64,000 bases of DNA from Candidatus Poribacteria bacterium (GTDB lineage Bacteria > Poribacteria > WGA-4E > WGA-3G), in NCBI GenBank assembly GCA_965197475.1, contig CBDANF010000003.1, positions 1,376,001 through 1,440,000 on the forward strand. Reading direction: 5' to 3'. The number at the start of each line of letters is the position of its first letter. The first letter of the stretch is position 1. Both the position numbers and the translations under genes were made by a program. This document shows positions 20,370-33,700 of this stretch, piece after piece. Under the pieces are notes generated by a model, which searched no databases, was not told where the DNA came from, and worked only from the letters and a program-made list of their open reading frames with translations.

Positions 20370-21374
20370 ATGGCAACTTTTAAAGCAGGCGTTATTGGCT
20401 GTGGTGGACGTGGACGCGCCCATGCACAAGGATATCAAGCCTCTCCAGATGTTGAGATTGTCGCATGCTCAGATCCAGTCGAAGGGGCACGGAACAGATT
20501 CGCAGAACAGTTTGAAGGTGCAAAGCCTTATGAAGATTATCATGAGATGCTTGAAAGGGAATCACTCGATTTTGTCAGCGTCTGCACGTGGATTGCACTT
20601 CATAAGGACATGGTTATCGCTGCTGCCAACAGCGGTATCAAAGCCATCCATTCTGAAAAACCGATGGCACCCACATGGGGAGATGCGAAAGCACTTTATC
20701 AAGCTTGCGTGGATAATGATGTCGTCATAACGTTTTGTCATCAACGTCGTTTTGGTGCACAATTCATCAAGGCGAGACAGTTGGCAAACGAAGGGGCAAT
20801 CGGCGAACTTCGCCGCCTTGAAGGTTCATGCTCGAATTTGCTTGATTGGGGAACGCATTGGTTTGACATGTTCCAATTTTATAATAATGACGAACCTATT
20901 GAGTGGGTTATCGGTCAAATAGATGTGACGGGTACACATATCGTCTTTGGCACTCAGGTTGAGACGAGCGGTTTAACGTGGTACCGCTGGAAAAACGGTG
21001 TAGAAGGATTGTTAACAACAGGCGGCGTTTCATTAAAAGGCTTCGCAAATCGTATCATCGGCACTAAAGGCATTATTGATGTCGGTGGAGGTTCGCCTGT
21101 CCGTATGCTTCGAGAAGGTTCAAGCGAATGGGAAAACCAAGACTTAAGCGATGTCACGCCTAAAGGGAACGACACGACCCTTTCTGTTCTTGATCTCATT
21201 GACAGTGTCAAGACAGGACGTGAACCTGAACTTAGTGGTCGTAAAGCAATACAGTCAACTGAACTTATTTTTGCGACTTATCACTCCAGTCGGGAGCGAG
21301 CGAAAATAACTTTGCCGCTCACTGCAGACGACTCAGCATTTTTAACGATGGTCGCAAATGGTGATATCGGTTAA
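20370..21374 (+). CDS. Gfo/Idh/MocA family oxidoreductase
   Basis: GVIGCGGRG Rossmann motif, SEKPMA, LLDWGTHWFD. Confidence 0.93.
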   Translation: MATFKAGVIGCGGRGRAHAQGYQASPDVEIVACSDPVEGARNRFAEQFEGAKPYEDYHEMLERESLDFVSVCTWIALHKDMVIAAANSGIKAIHSEKPMAPTWGDAKALYQACVDNDVVITFCHQRRFGAQFIKARQLANEGAIGELRRLEGSCSNLLDWGTHWFDMFQFYNNDEPIEWVIGQIDVTGTHIVFGTQVETSGLTWYRWKNGVEGLLTTGGVSLKGFANRIIGTKGIIDVGGGSPVRMLREGSSEWENQDLSDVTPKGNDTTLSVLDLIDSVKTGREPELSGRKAIQSTELIFATYHSSRERAKITLPLTADDSAFLTMVANGDIG

Positions 21375-21385
21375 TTCTGTTTAAG

Positions 21386-21412
21386 CGTGGGCAGGTTGTG
21401 AACTTGCCCACG
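21386..21412. terminator. Hairpin (terminator or REP-like) after oxidoreductase
   Basis: CGTGGGCAGGTT-GTG-AACTTGCCCACG. Confidence 0.55.
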
Positions 21413-21655
21413 AAAAATCAAATTGAGAGATCCCATGAGTCGGTTTTAATCAACCTAATTAAAAATACTGCGTCTAACATACCAATTAAACCATAACCTT
21501 TTCTGTTAAATCTCAAAATCAGTAAAATAGATAAAGGGACGTTCCGACACTGCAAGACATTGCAATCATCACACTGATTCAGGTCTATAATGTGTTGAAT
21601 TATATTTGTGCTAATAAGAAATTACGGTGAAACATAAAAATAATAGACATCTGCT

Positions 21656-21678
21656 GTAGGCGCGCTCTATAAGCGCGC
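21656..21678 (+). repeat. GTAG-type REP-like palindrome
   Basis: GTAGGCGCGCTCTATAAGCGCGC; related to copies at 38455 and 50031. Confidence 0.65.
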
Positions 21679-21783
21679 TGATTGACGATATTTTTTAATT
21701 GTAAATCTACTATAATACTTGTGAATTCACGCGAAGTTTAAAAATAGGAATAGACCAGACTTCGCGGTAGCGGGGGAAAACGC

Positions 21784-24700
21784 GTGTCAAAAATCAAAAA
21801 TAGTTTTTCTGTTCTGTACCACAACAAAAAGAAGTCCACATTACCATTCGGTTTTTATTGGGCACCCTTTCTCATTTTTCAATTGTTTGTCGCGCTGTTA
21901 GTTATACAATCTCCTGCTTGGGCGGGACTTGTTCCAAATTCATTAAAAGTTGATGCGAATGGTGATTCCATTTTTAACGGGGACAATGAAAAGTTAACCA
22001 TCTCCTTTACAACTGACAATGTAGAGCAAGAGTACACCTATGAGATTAAGTTGGATGACGGTAGAAAAATTGCCGAGGGGCCTAACACGGATGCTGGACA
22101 AAAATTGTCTAAAAATCAGACTGTAAAAGTAATATGGGATGGGAAAATTGGAAATGATCAGCTTCCAGATGGTGATTATAAGATTAAAGTCTTTCTTACG
22201 CTCATAGATTCTGATGGCAATCCGCTCATAGATTCTGAAGACAATTCGCTAGATCCCATTTCGAGCAAGGAAAAAGAGGTAACATTAGACACTAAAGCCC
22301 CAGAGCTTTCCATCAGTATAGATGCTAAGGAATTTTCACGCATCTTGGAAGATCGATTTCCTATTCACTATAGTGGTTTGGACGAAGATGTTGCCGAGGC
22401 GTGGTTAGAATTGCAAAAAATCATTGGAGGGGACCCAATTAAAAGGGCAATTGAGCCGAATGAATTGAGCAAAGAAGGCGGCATCTACTATTGGGATGGC
22501 AAGGATAACAACTCCAAACCCTTTTTCGATGGCCAGTACACCTTGCAACTATGGGTAAAAGATAGAGGCGGAAATGTAATAGGAAGTAATAAAATAGAAA
22601 CTATCACAATTGACTCGGCTGATAACGCTGCACCAACTTTAGAAAGTGTCGCTACCGACAAAGGTAAATTTATTACTCCCGGTAGCGGTATCAGTGGAGA
22701 GATGAGTTTTGTTGAAGCTATTTTAGAAGACAATATAGAACTTAATCTTGATGATTCAACTATCAGACTTATAGGGCCAAGTGGAAGTCCGGTACTCGGA
22801 CAGCAAACTCGCCCTGCCGACAATAAAATTCGGTGGCAACTGCTATCTCCTCTGTTAGCAAAAGACGGGCTTCAGGACGGTCAATATACCATTGAAATTG
22901 TTGGTGCTGACAAAGCAGGAAACAGAACCTCACCGATTCAAATCTCATTTCTTTTTGATAATCTGGCACCGGAACTCGTTTCCCTAAAACCGACGCGGGA
23001 TGGTGAAGCATTTAACATCTTAGGCGATACTGTCTATTACAATCTCCCCCTCAACCAGTTTGTCGCAACCTTTAATGATGGTGAATCTGGAACCGGCGTT
23101 ACTTTTGCAGGTGGAGAGGAAATTAGCCGTATTGTGTTTGGCACTCCCAATGCTGACGGTGGAGTTAACGCAATTTCCGGTCGCGCATTTCCAGACAGAA
23201 ATAACAGCGTACTAACTTACATATTGGATGCCCCACTCCTAAAAAGCGATGGCAGTCAAGACAGAAACTATACACTCAATGTTAAGGCTGCAGACCCCCT
23301 CGGTAATACCAAGACTTACACATACCGGATTATCTATGACACGCAAGTCCCAACACTTGCTTCAACAGTTCCTGTTGTTAATCAGACTGTTTCAAATCTC
23401 TCACAAGTTGTAGTCAAACTTAATGAAACAACGAGCGGTGTTAATTTCGTTAATAGCACTTTCCGACTGACACACAGCACCGGCGAAACTCAGGTTGAAG
23501 TGCCTGTAAATATGACAAGTAACGGCGCAGATACTGCTACGCTCACACTGTTGCAACCGATTGCATTGGACGGTTCGGATGATGGAACTTACACGATTGA
23601 AGTTACCCCAACCGATCTTGCAGGAAATATGGGGGCAGTTGTCCGACGTCAATTTTATCTGGTTAGCCAGACACAACCACAAGTTAAATTAACAGCACCA
23701 TCAATTGGAACTGTCAATAGTTTGGATAGTGTCACGGTAGAGATTGACAATTATATCGGTTCAGGTATCAATTTTGATGCTTCAACAATAAGTGTCAGAA
23801 ACGCGCAAGGACTCATTGTGCCACAAGCAAAGGTTGAATCGGATGCGACAAACAATCAGTTAACTTGGAGTACCGAGGCAACGATTCCACGAAACGGCAC
23901 CGCAGATGGAGAATATACTATCACTGCAACTTTTGTGGACTTTTCTGGACGGCGTTTTACCTGGCGGTTTCCTCTCCTGTTGGATACACAATTTCCTGCT
24001 ATCAACAAGGTCCAGGTTATAACCGATCCGCAACAACAACTTTCCCACAATAGTGCTACAAACATAGCCGAAACATTCTCTCAGGTAACCGTTGAATTTG
24101 ATAAAACTGACATAGACTTTGAAAACACAATTGTCTCTTTGACAGGGCCTGACGAAGCTCACATTGCGCTTCACCGAAGTAATGATGGCGATACCGTTTT
24201 GACACTTAATTTCCCAAACCTATCCCAATCCGGAACATATACCCTCGCAGTCACGCCGCAAGACAGAATTGGTAATGTTTCTGAAAACCCATTTGTCTAT
24301 AGGTTCCGTTTGGATATAGGAGTACCTGTTGTTACGACAGTGTTGATAGACGGTCAGAGCAGTGCTGTTGCCTATGTCAACGGCACTGCTAGTGACATAA
24401 CTGCAACGTTGGTAGATACCACAGGGACAGGCTTAGCGTTTGGTGAAGGCGAATCAAGCATCGTTGTAACGAGTGTCGTTGGATTACCAGTACCTGGCAT
24501 CACAACAACCAATGTCGAAAATCAATTGGTATGGCGACCAATAGCACTTCCGGACGACGGTAGTGTCGATGGAAGATACACTGTGGCTGTCACGCCGGTA
24601 GATAAAGCTGGACACACAGGTGATGTTGCGTATCGTGCATTCATATATGATACACAAGTTCCCCGAATAACTGCTGCTACTCCCGTGACATTGCATCAAC

Positions 24701-27700
24701 CTATATCTTATATTGGTGGTAGTTTGACGCAGTTCCAATTTACTATTGAAGATGTTGGTCCTGCATTACTTGAACTTGATGACCAAACAATTGGGTTTAG
24801 CAAGCAAAGCGGTGAACCGGTCCCAGGACAAATAACTCATGATGGTAGCAACCAACTTTTCTTTACTCTCTCCGCGCCTTTACCGACAGATGGTAGTGCT
24901 GATGGTGAATATACCCTGACGGTTAACCTCATTGATAAAGCTGTCAACCCTTATCAGGTTGAACACAATATCTTTTATGATTCTCAAGCACCGCGCCTGT
25001 CAACAGTCTCTCTGAACACTGAAACGCCATTGAACCTAACACCGTATCAGGTTACGGATCTGTCTGAGTCTATCAACAAGCTCACACTTAATTTCGCAGA
25101 GGCGACACGAGTTGACTTCGAAAATACGATGATTACTCTTATGGGTCCGGATGGTTCTGCGATCCCGCTGACATTAGAAAATAATGGTATTGACCAAATA
25201 ACCGCAAGTTTTGTCTCTTTGACACAAGGTGGCTTGTATACACTGTCAGTGACACCTCAAGACATAACAGGCAATGCTGCACAAGGTGCGGTTCCGTATC
25301 CGTTTAGACTGAAGTTTGAAGTTCCGGACTTAACGTCTGTGAAAGCAAACACAGCAAACGCTTCTTTAGAACTTATACAGCACGAAATTATTGATATTTC
25401 TGAAACCCTCAGAAGCCTCACGCTTGAGTTCACAGATGCAACGCGGGTTGACTTCGAAAATACCAGAGTGGTATTGACAGGACCAGGTGGGCAAGAGATT
25501 CTTGTTACCCAAGAAAGTGGAGACGACTCTCAGTTGATGGTTCGTTTTGTCTCTTTGACGCAAAGCGGTTTGTATACGCTTTCCGTTTCCCCGCAAGATG
25601 TTGCTGGTAATGTCGCACAAAGTCCTGTTCGGTACCAGTTCCGACTTGATATCGCATTGCCGATAGTCAGTTCTATTCTTATTGATGGCAAACTTGGCAC
25701 CAATGTTTACGTCAACAATGCGAACACTGATATAGTCGTCACATTCACTGATGCAACAGGTGTAGGATTAGCGTTAGGTGATAACGGATCGACTATCGTT
25801 GTCACGGGTGCTGAAGGGCTTCCGGTGTCCAGCATTATTACCTCCAACGGAACGAATCAGTTGACGTGGACTCCCACAGCACTTCCGACAGATGGCAGTG
25901 CTGATGGGCGATATACAGTCACTATCACACCAATAGATAAATCTGGGCGTTCTGGCACAGTTGTCAACCGTCACTTTATCTACGATACGCAGGCACCTCG
26001 GATCACCGCTTCTACACCTACCACACTTCATCAACCTATATCTTATATTGGCGGCAGTTTGACACAGTTCGAATTTACTATTGAAGATGTTGGTCCTGCA
26101 TTACTCGATCTTGACGATCAAACAATTGAGTTTAAGAAGACAGAAGGTGAAGTGGTTGCGGGTCAAATAACACATAATGGTTTCAACCAACTTTTCTTTA
26201 CTCTCTCCGCACCTTTACCGACAGATGGTAGTGCTGATGGTGAATACACACTGACGATTAACCTCGTTGATAAAGCAGGAAATCCTTATCAGATTGAACA
26301 CAACATCTTTTATGATTCTCAAGCTCCACAGTTATCCGCAGTGTCTCTGAACACTGAAACAGCATTAGACCTAACACCTTATCAGGTTACGGATTTATAT
26401 GAGTCTATCAACAAACTCACTCTGAATTTTGTAGAGGCGACACGGGTAGACTTTACAGAAACGGTAATTATGTTAATCGGTCAGGACGGTTCTTCCATTT
26501 CGCTGACTTTAGAGAATAACGGTATTGACAAAATAACCGCGAGTTTTGTTACGCTGACGCAAGGTGGTTTGTATACGCTTTCCGTTACCCCACAAGATAT
26601 TGCTGGTAATGTTGCACAAGGTGCTGTTTTGTATCCGTTTAAGTTGGTGTTCAAAGTTCTGGGCTTAGCGTCCGTGAAAGCTAATACAGCAAAGGCATCG
26701 GTAGAACTTATCCAGCACGAGATTGTTGAGATTTCTGAATCCGTAAATGGTTTCACCCTTGAATTCACAGATACAACGCGGGTTGACTCCGAAAATACAA
26801 GAGTGGCATTGACAGGTCCAAACGGTCAAGAGATTCCTGTCACCCAAGAAGACAATGATTCCGCTCAGTTAGTGGTTCGTTTTGCCTCTTTGACACAAAA
26901 TGGGCTTTACACGCTTGCTGTCACACCCCAAGATATAACCGGCAATGTCGCACAAGGTCCGGTACTTTATCCGTTCCGACTCCAGTTCAAAGTTCCGGGA
27001 TTATCTTCAGTGAAAGCAAATATCGGAGATGTTTCACTTGATCTTATTCCATACGAGATTGTTGAGATTTCTGAATCTTTTAGCAGCCTCACGTTTGAAT
27101 TTACAGATGCTGCACGGATTGATTTTGCAAGTACTAGAGTGACATTAACAGGACCGAACGGTCAAGAGATTCCTGTCACCCAAGAAGACAATGATTCTAC
27201 TCAGTTGGTAGTTCGTTTTGTCTCCTTGACACAAAGCGGTCTTTATACACTTGCTGTCACACCACAAGATAAAGCTGGCAATGTCGCACAAAGTGCAATT
27301 CGATACCAGATTCGACTTGAAATCGCACTCCCAATGGTCAGTTCCGTTCTTATTGATGGCCAAATCGGTGCTACTATATACGCGAATAATGCCGACACCA
27401 GCATCATTGCCACGTTTACCGAACCAACCGATGCGGGGATAGACCTTGGTGATGGTGGTTCAACTATTGTGGTCGCCAATGCCGAAGGCATTTTGGTTCC
27501 TGGAATCATTACCTCCAACGGAACGAATCAGTTGACGTGGACACCGACAGCATTTCCTGCCGATGGTAGTGCCGATGGACGATATACAGTCACTATTACA
27601 CCTATAGATAAATCTGGGCGTTCTGGCACAGTTGTCAATAGACAGTTTATTTACGATACACAAGCACCCCATATTACATCTGCTACGCCTGTAACACTAC

Positions 27701-30700
27701 ACCAACCCATCTCTTATATCGGTGGTAGTTTGACACAGTTCCAGTTTACTGTCGCAGATGTGGGTCCAGCATCACTTGACCTTGATGATCAAATAATCGG
27801 CTTGAATAATAAAAATGGTGAAGCGGTTCCAGCTCAAATAACGCATGATGGAACAGATCAACTCTTCTTCACCCTTTCTGCACCTTTACCGACAGATGGT
27901 AGTGCTGATGGGGAATACACACTGACGGTTAACCTCGTTGATAAAGCAGGAAATCCTCATCAGGTTGAACATCACATCTTTTATGATTCGCAAGCACCAC
28001 GCCTATCTACAGTCTCTCTGAGTACTGAGACACCGTTAAACCTGACACCGTATCAAGTTACTGATCTCTCGGAATCTATCAACAAACTTACACTTAATTT
28101 TATAGAGACAACACGGGTTGACTTCGAAAATACTGTGGTTACCCTCATAGGTCCGGACAATTCTCCCATTCCCCTCACCTTAGAGAATAACGGTGTTGAT
28201 CAACTCACAGCGAGTTTCGTCTCTTTGACGCAAGGGGGTTTGTATACTTTGTCAGTGATGCCACAAGATATCGCAGATAATGTTGCACAAGGGTCAGTAC
28301 CTTATCAGTTCCGACTTGAATTCCAAGTTCCAGGTTTATCATCTGTAAAGGCAAACACAGCAGAGGCATCGGTAGCACTGATCCAACACGAGATTATTGA
28401 GATTTCTGAATCCGTAAGTGGTTTCACCCTTGAGTTCACAGATACAACCCGAGTTGACTTCGAAAATACAGGAGTGGCATTGACAGGTCCAAACGATCAA
28501 GAGATTCCGGTGACATTAGAAGATGATGACGGCTCTCAGTTAATGGTTCGTTTTGTCGCGCTGACACAAAATGGACTTTACACGCTTGCTGTCACACCAC
28601 AAGATAGAACCGGTAATGTCGCACAAGGTGTAGCACTTTATCAGTTCCGACTCCAGTTCAAAGTTCCGGGGTTATCTTCAGTAAAGGCAAACACTGAAGA
28701 CGCTTCATTAGAACTAGTACCATACGAAATCGTTGAGATCGTTGAATCTGTCCGTAGCCTCACGCTTGAATTTACTGATGCAACGCAGGTTGACTTCAAA
28801 AATACAAGCGTGGCATTGACAGGTCCAAACGATCAAGAGATTCCGGTGACATTAGAAGATGATGACGGCTCTCAGTTAGTGGTTCGTTTTGTCTCCTTGA
28901 CGCAAAGCGGTCTTTACACACTTTCAGTCACTCCACAAGATATAGCTGGTAATGTTGCGCAAGGTGCAGTGCCGTATCCGTTTAGGCTAAAATTTGAAGT
29001 TCCGGGCTTAGCATCCGTGAAAGCAAACACCGTTGACAGGTCTTTAGAACTTACATCATACGAGATTACTGATATATCAGAATCCATCAACAGTGTCACG
29101 CTTGAGTTTACAGATGCAATGCGCGTTGACTTCCAAAATACAAGCGTGACATTGACAGGAGCAGACGGGCAAGAGATTCCAGTGACCTTGGAGAACGATG
29201 ATGATTCTCAGTTAGTGGTTCGTTTTGTCTCCTTGACGCAAAGCGGTCTTTACACACTTTCAGTCACTCCACAAGATATAGCTGGTAATGTTGCGCAAGG
29301 TGCAGTGCCGTATCCGTTTAGGCTAAAATTTGAAGTTCCGGGCTTAGCATCCGTGAAAGCAAACACCGTTGACAGGTCTTTAGAACTTACATCATATGAG
29401 ATTACTGATATATCAGAATCCATCAACAGTGTCACGCTTGAGTTTACAGATGCAATGCGCGTTGACTTCCAAAATACCAGAGTGACACTGAGCGGTCCAG
29501 ATGGACAAGAGATTCCTGTTACCTCGGAAGACGATGATGATTCTCAGTTAGTGGTTCGTTTTGTCTCCTTGACGCAAAGCGGTCTTTACACACTTTCAGT
29601 CACTCCACAAGATATAGCTGGTAATGTTGCGCAAGGTGCAGTGCCGTATCCGTTTAGGCTAAAATTTGAAGTTCCGGGCTTAGCATCCGTGAAAGCAAAC
29701 ACCGTTGACAGGTCTTTAGAACTTACATCATACGAGATTACTGATATATCAGAATCCATCAACAGTGTCACGCTTGAGTTTACAGATGCAATGCGCGTTG
29801 ACTTCCAAAATACAAGCGTGACATTGACAGGAGCAGACGGGCAAGAGATTCCAGTGACCTTGGAGAACGATGATGATTCTCAGTTAGCGGTTCGTTTTGT
29901 CTCCTTGACGCAAAGCGGTCTTTACACACTTTCAGTCACTCCACAAGATATTGCTGGTAATGTCGCTCAAAGTGCTATTAGATACCAGTTTAGACTTGAC
30001 ATCGCATTACCAATAGTCAGTTCCGTTCTCATTGATGGCAAACTTGGTACCAATGTTTACGTCAACAATGCTAACACCAATATCATCGCGACGTTCACAG
30101 AACAAACCGATGCCAGGATAGACTTTGGTAATGATGGTTCAACTATTGTGGTCACTAATGCTGAAGGCGTTTTGGTTCATGGAATCATTACCTCCAATGG
30201 AACGAATCAGTTGACGTGGACACCGGCAGCACTTCCGACAGATGGCAGTGCTGATGGACGATATACAGTCACTATCACACCAGTAGATAAATCTGGGCGT
30301 TCTGGCACAGTTGTCAACCGGCACTTTATTTACGATACACAAAACCCTCGTATTACGGCTACTACACCTGCCACACTCCATCAACCCATCTCTTATATCG
30401 GTGGAAGTTTAGCACAGTTCCAGTTTACTGTCGTAGATGTTGGTCCAGCATCACTTGACCTTGATGACCAAACAATTGGTTTTAAGAAGAAAAGTGGTGA
30501 AGCGGTTTCAGGGCAAATCACACATGATGGCACCGACCAACTCTTCTTCACCCTTTCTACGCCTTTACCGACTGATGGTAGTGCTGATGGGGAATACACA
30601 CTGACGGTTAACCTCGTTGATAAAGCAGGAAATCCTCATCAGGTTGAACATCACATCTTTTATGATTCGCAAGCACCACGCCTATCTACAGTCTCTCTGA

Positions 30701-33700
30701 GTACTGAGACACCGTTAAACCTGACACCGTATCAAGTTACTGATCTCTCGGAATCTATCAACAAACTTACACTTAATTTTATAGAGACAACACGGGTTGA
30801 CTTCAAAAATACTGTGATTACCCTTATAGGTCCGGACAATTCTCCCATTCCCCTCACCTTAGAGAATAACGGTGTTGATCAACTCACAGCGAGTTTCGTC
30901 TCTTTGACGCAAGGGGGTTTGTATACTTTGTCAGTGATGCCACAAGATAAAGCAGGCAATGCTGCTCAAGGTGCGGTTCAGTATCCGTTTAGGCTAAAGT
31001 TCGAAGTTCCTGGCTTAGCATCCGTGAAAGTAAACACCGCTGATGCTTCTTTAGAACTTACATCATACGAAACTACTGAAATATCAGAAACTATCAGTAG
31101 TCTCACGCTTGAGTTTACAGATGCAATGCGCGTTGACTTCCAAAATACAAGCGTTATATTGACAGGAGCAGACGGGCAAGAGATTCCAGTGACCTTGGAG
31201 AACGATGAAGGTTCTCAGTTAGTGGTTCGTTTCGTCTCCTTGACGCAAAGCGGTCTTTACACACTTTCAGTCACGCCACAAGATAAAGCAGGTAATGTCG
31301 CGCAAGGTGCAGTGCCGTATCCGTTTAGACTGAAGTTCAAAGTCCCGGGCTTAGCATCTGTGAAAGCAAACACAACTAAAGCTTCGGTAGCTCTTATCCA
31401 ACACGAGATTATTGAGATTTCTGAAACCATCAGTAGTCTCACACTTGAATTCACTGATGCAACACGCATTGACTTCCAAAATACAAGCGTGACGTTGACG
31501 GGACCAAACGGTCAAGAAATTCCTATCACTTTTGAAGATGATGGTTCTCAGTTGATGGTTCGTTTTGTCCCTTTGACGCAAGGGGGTTTGTATACTTTGT
31601 CAGTGATGCCACAAGATAAAGCAGGCAATGCTGCTCAAGGCGCAGCACTTTATCAGTTCCGACTCCAGTTCAAAGTTCCGGGGTTATCTTCAGTAAAGGC
31701 AAACACCGCTGATGCTTCTTTAGAACTTACATCATACGAAACTACTGAAATATCAGAAACTATCAGTAGTCTCACGCTTGAGTTTACAGATGCAATGCGC
31801 GTTGACTTCCAAAATACAAGCGTGGCATTGACAGGTCCAAACGATCAAGAGATTCCGGTGACATTAGAAGATGATGACGGCTCTCAGTTAGTGGTTCGTT
31901 TTGTCTCTTTGACACAAAGCGGTTTATATACACTTTCAGTCACGCCACAAGATATTGCTGGTAATGTCGCGCAAGGTGCGGTTCAGTATCCGTTTAGGCT
32001 AAAGTTCGAAGTTCCTGGCTTAGCATCCGTGAAAGCAAACACCGCTGATGCTTCTTTAGAACTTACATCATACGAAACTACTGAAATGTCAGAAACTATC
32101 AATAGTCTCACGCTTGAGTTTACAGATGCAACGCGCGTTGACTTCCAAAATACAAGCGTGACATTGACAGGAGCAGACGGGCAAGAGATTCCAGTGACCT
32201 TGGAGAACGATGAAGGTTCTCAGTTAGTGGTTCGTTTTGTCTCCTTGACGCAAAGCGGTCTTTACACACTTTCAGTCACGCCACAAGATAAAGCAGGTAA
32301 TGTCGCGCAAGGTGCAGTGCCGTATCCGTTTAGGCTAAAATTTGAAGTTCCGGGCTTAGCATCCGTGAAAGCGAACACAACTAAAGCTTCGGTAGCTCTT
32401 ATCCAACACGAGATTATTGAGATTTCTGAAACCATCAGTAGTCTCACACTTGAATTCACTGATGCAACACGCATTGACTTCCAAAATACAAGCGTGACGT
32501 TAACAGGACCAAACGATCAAGAAATTCCTATCACTTTTGAAGATGATGGTTCTCAGTTGATGGTTCGTTTTGTTTCTTTGACACAAAGCGGACTTTATAC
32601 ACTTATCGTTATACCGCAAGATAAAGTAGGCAATGCTGCTCAAGGCGCAGCACTTTATCAGTTCCGACTCCAGTTCAAAGTTCCGGGGTTATCTTCAGTA
32701 AAGGCAAACACCGCTGATGCTTCTTTAGAACTTACATCATACGAAACTACTGAAATATCAGAAACTATCAGTAGTCTCACGCTTGAGTTTACAGATGCAA
32801 TGCGCGTTGACTTCCAAAATACAAGCGTGGCATTGACAGGTCCAAACGATCAAGAGATTCCGGTGACATTAGAAGATGATGAAGGTTCTCAGTTAGTGGT
32901 TCGTTTTGTCTCTTTGACACAAAGCGGTTTATATACACTTTCAGTCACGCCACAAGATAAAGCAGGTAATGTCGCGCAAGGTGCAGTGCCGTATCCGTTT
33001 AGGCTAAAATTTGAAGTTCCGGGCTTAGCATCCGTGAAAGCAAACACCGCTGATGCTTCTTTAGAACTTACATCATACGAAACTACTGAAATATCAGAAA
33101 CTATCAATAGTCTCACGCTTGAGTTTACAGATGCAATGCGCGTTGACTTCCAAAATACAAGCGTGACATTGACAGGAGCAGACGGGCAAGAGATTCCAGT
33201 GACCTTGGAGAACGATGATGATTCTCAGTTAGTGGTTCGTTTTGTCTCCTTGACGCAAAGCGGTCTTTACACACTTGCTGTCACGCCACAAGATATTGCT
33301 GGTAATGTTGCGCAAGGTGCAGTGCCGTATCCGTTTAGGCTAAAATTTGAAGTTCCGGGCTTAGCATCCGTGAAAGCGAACACAACTAAAGCTTCGGTAG
33401 CTCTTATCCAACACGAGATTATTGAGATTTCTGAAACCATCAGTAGTCTCATACTTGAATTCACTGATGCAACGCGCATCAACTTCCAAAATACAAGCGT
33501 GACGTTAACAGGACCAAACGATCAAGAAATTCCTATCACTTTTGAAGATGATGGTTCTCAGTTGATGGTTCGTTTTGTTTCTTTGACACAAAGCGGACTT
33601 TATACACTTATCGTTATACCGCAAGATAAAGCAGGCAATACCGCTCAAAATGCAATTCGATACCAGTTCCGACTTGAGACCGCACTCCCAACAGTCAATT

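Noticed and set aside
28870-33650. Repeats as CRISPR array or DGR template/variable repeats
   Set aside because: Units are 333-336-bp in-frame coding repeats with no spacers, no cas or reverse transcriptase gene, and no adenine-specific variation evident.
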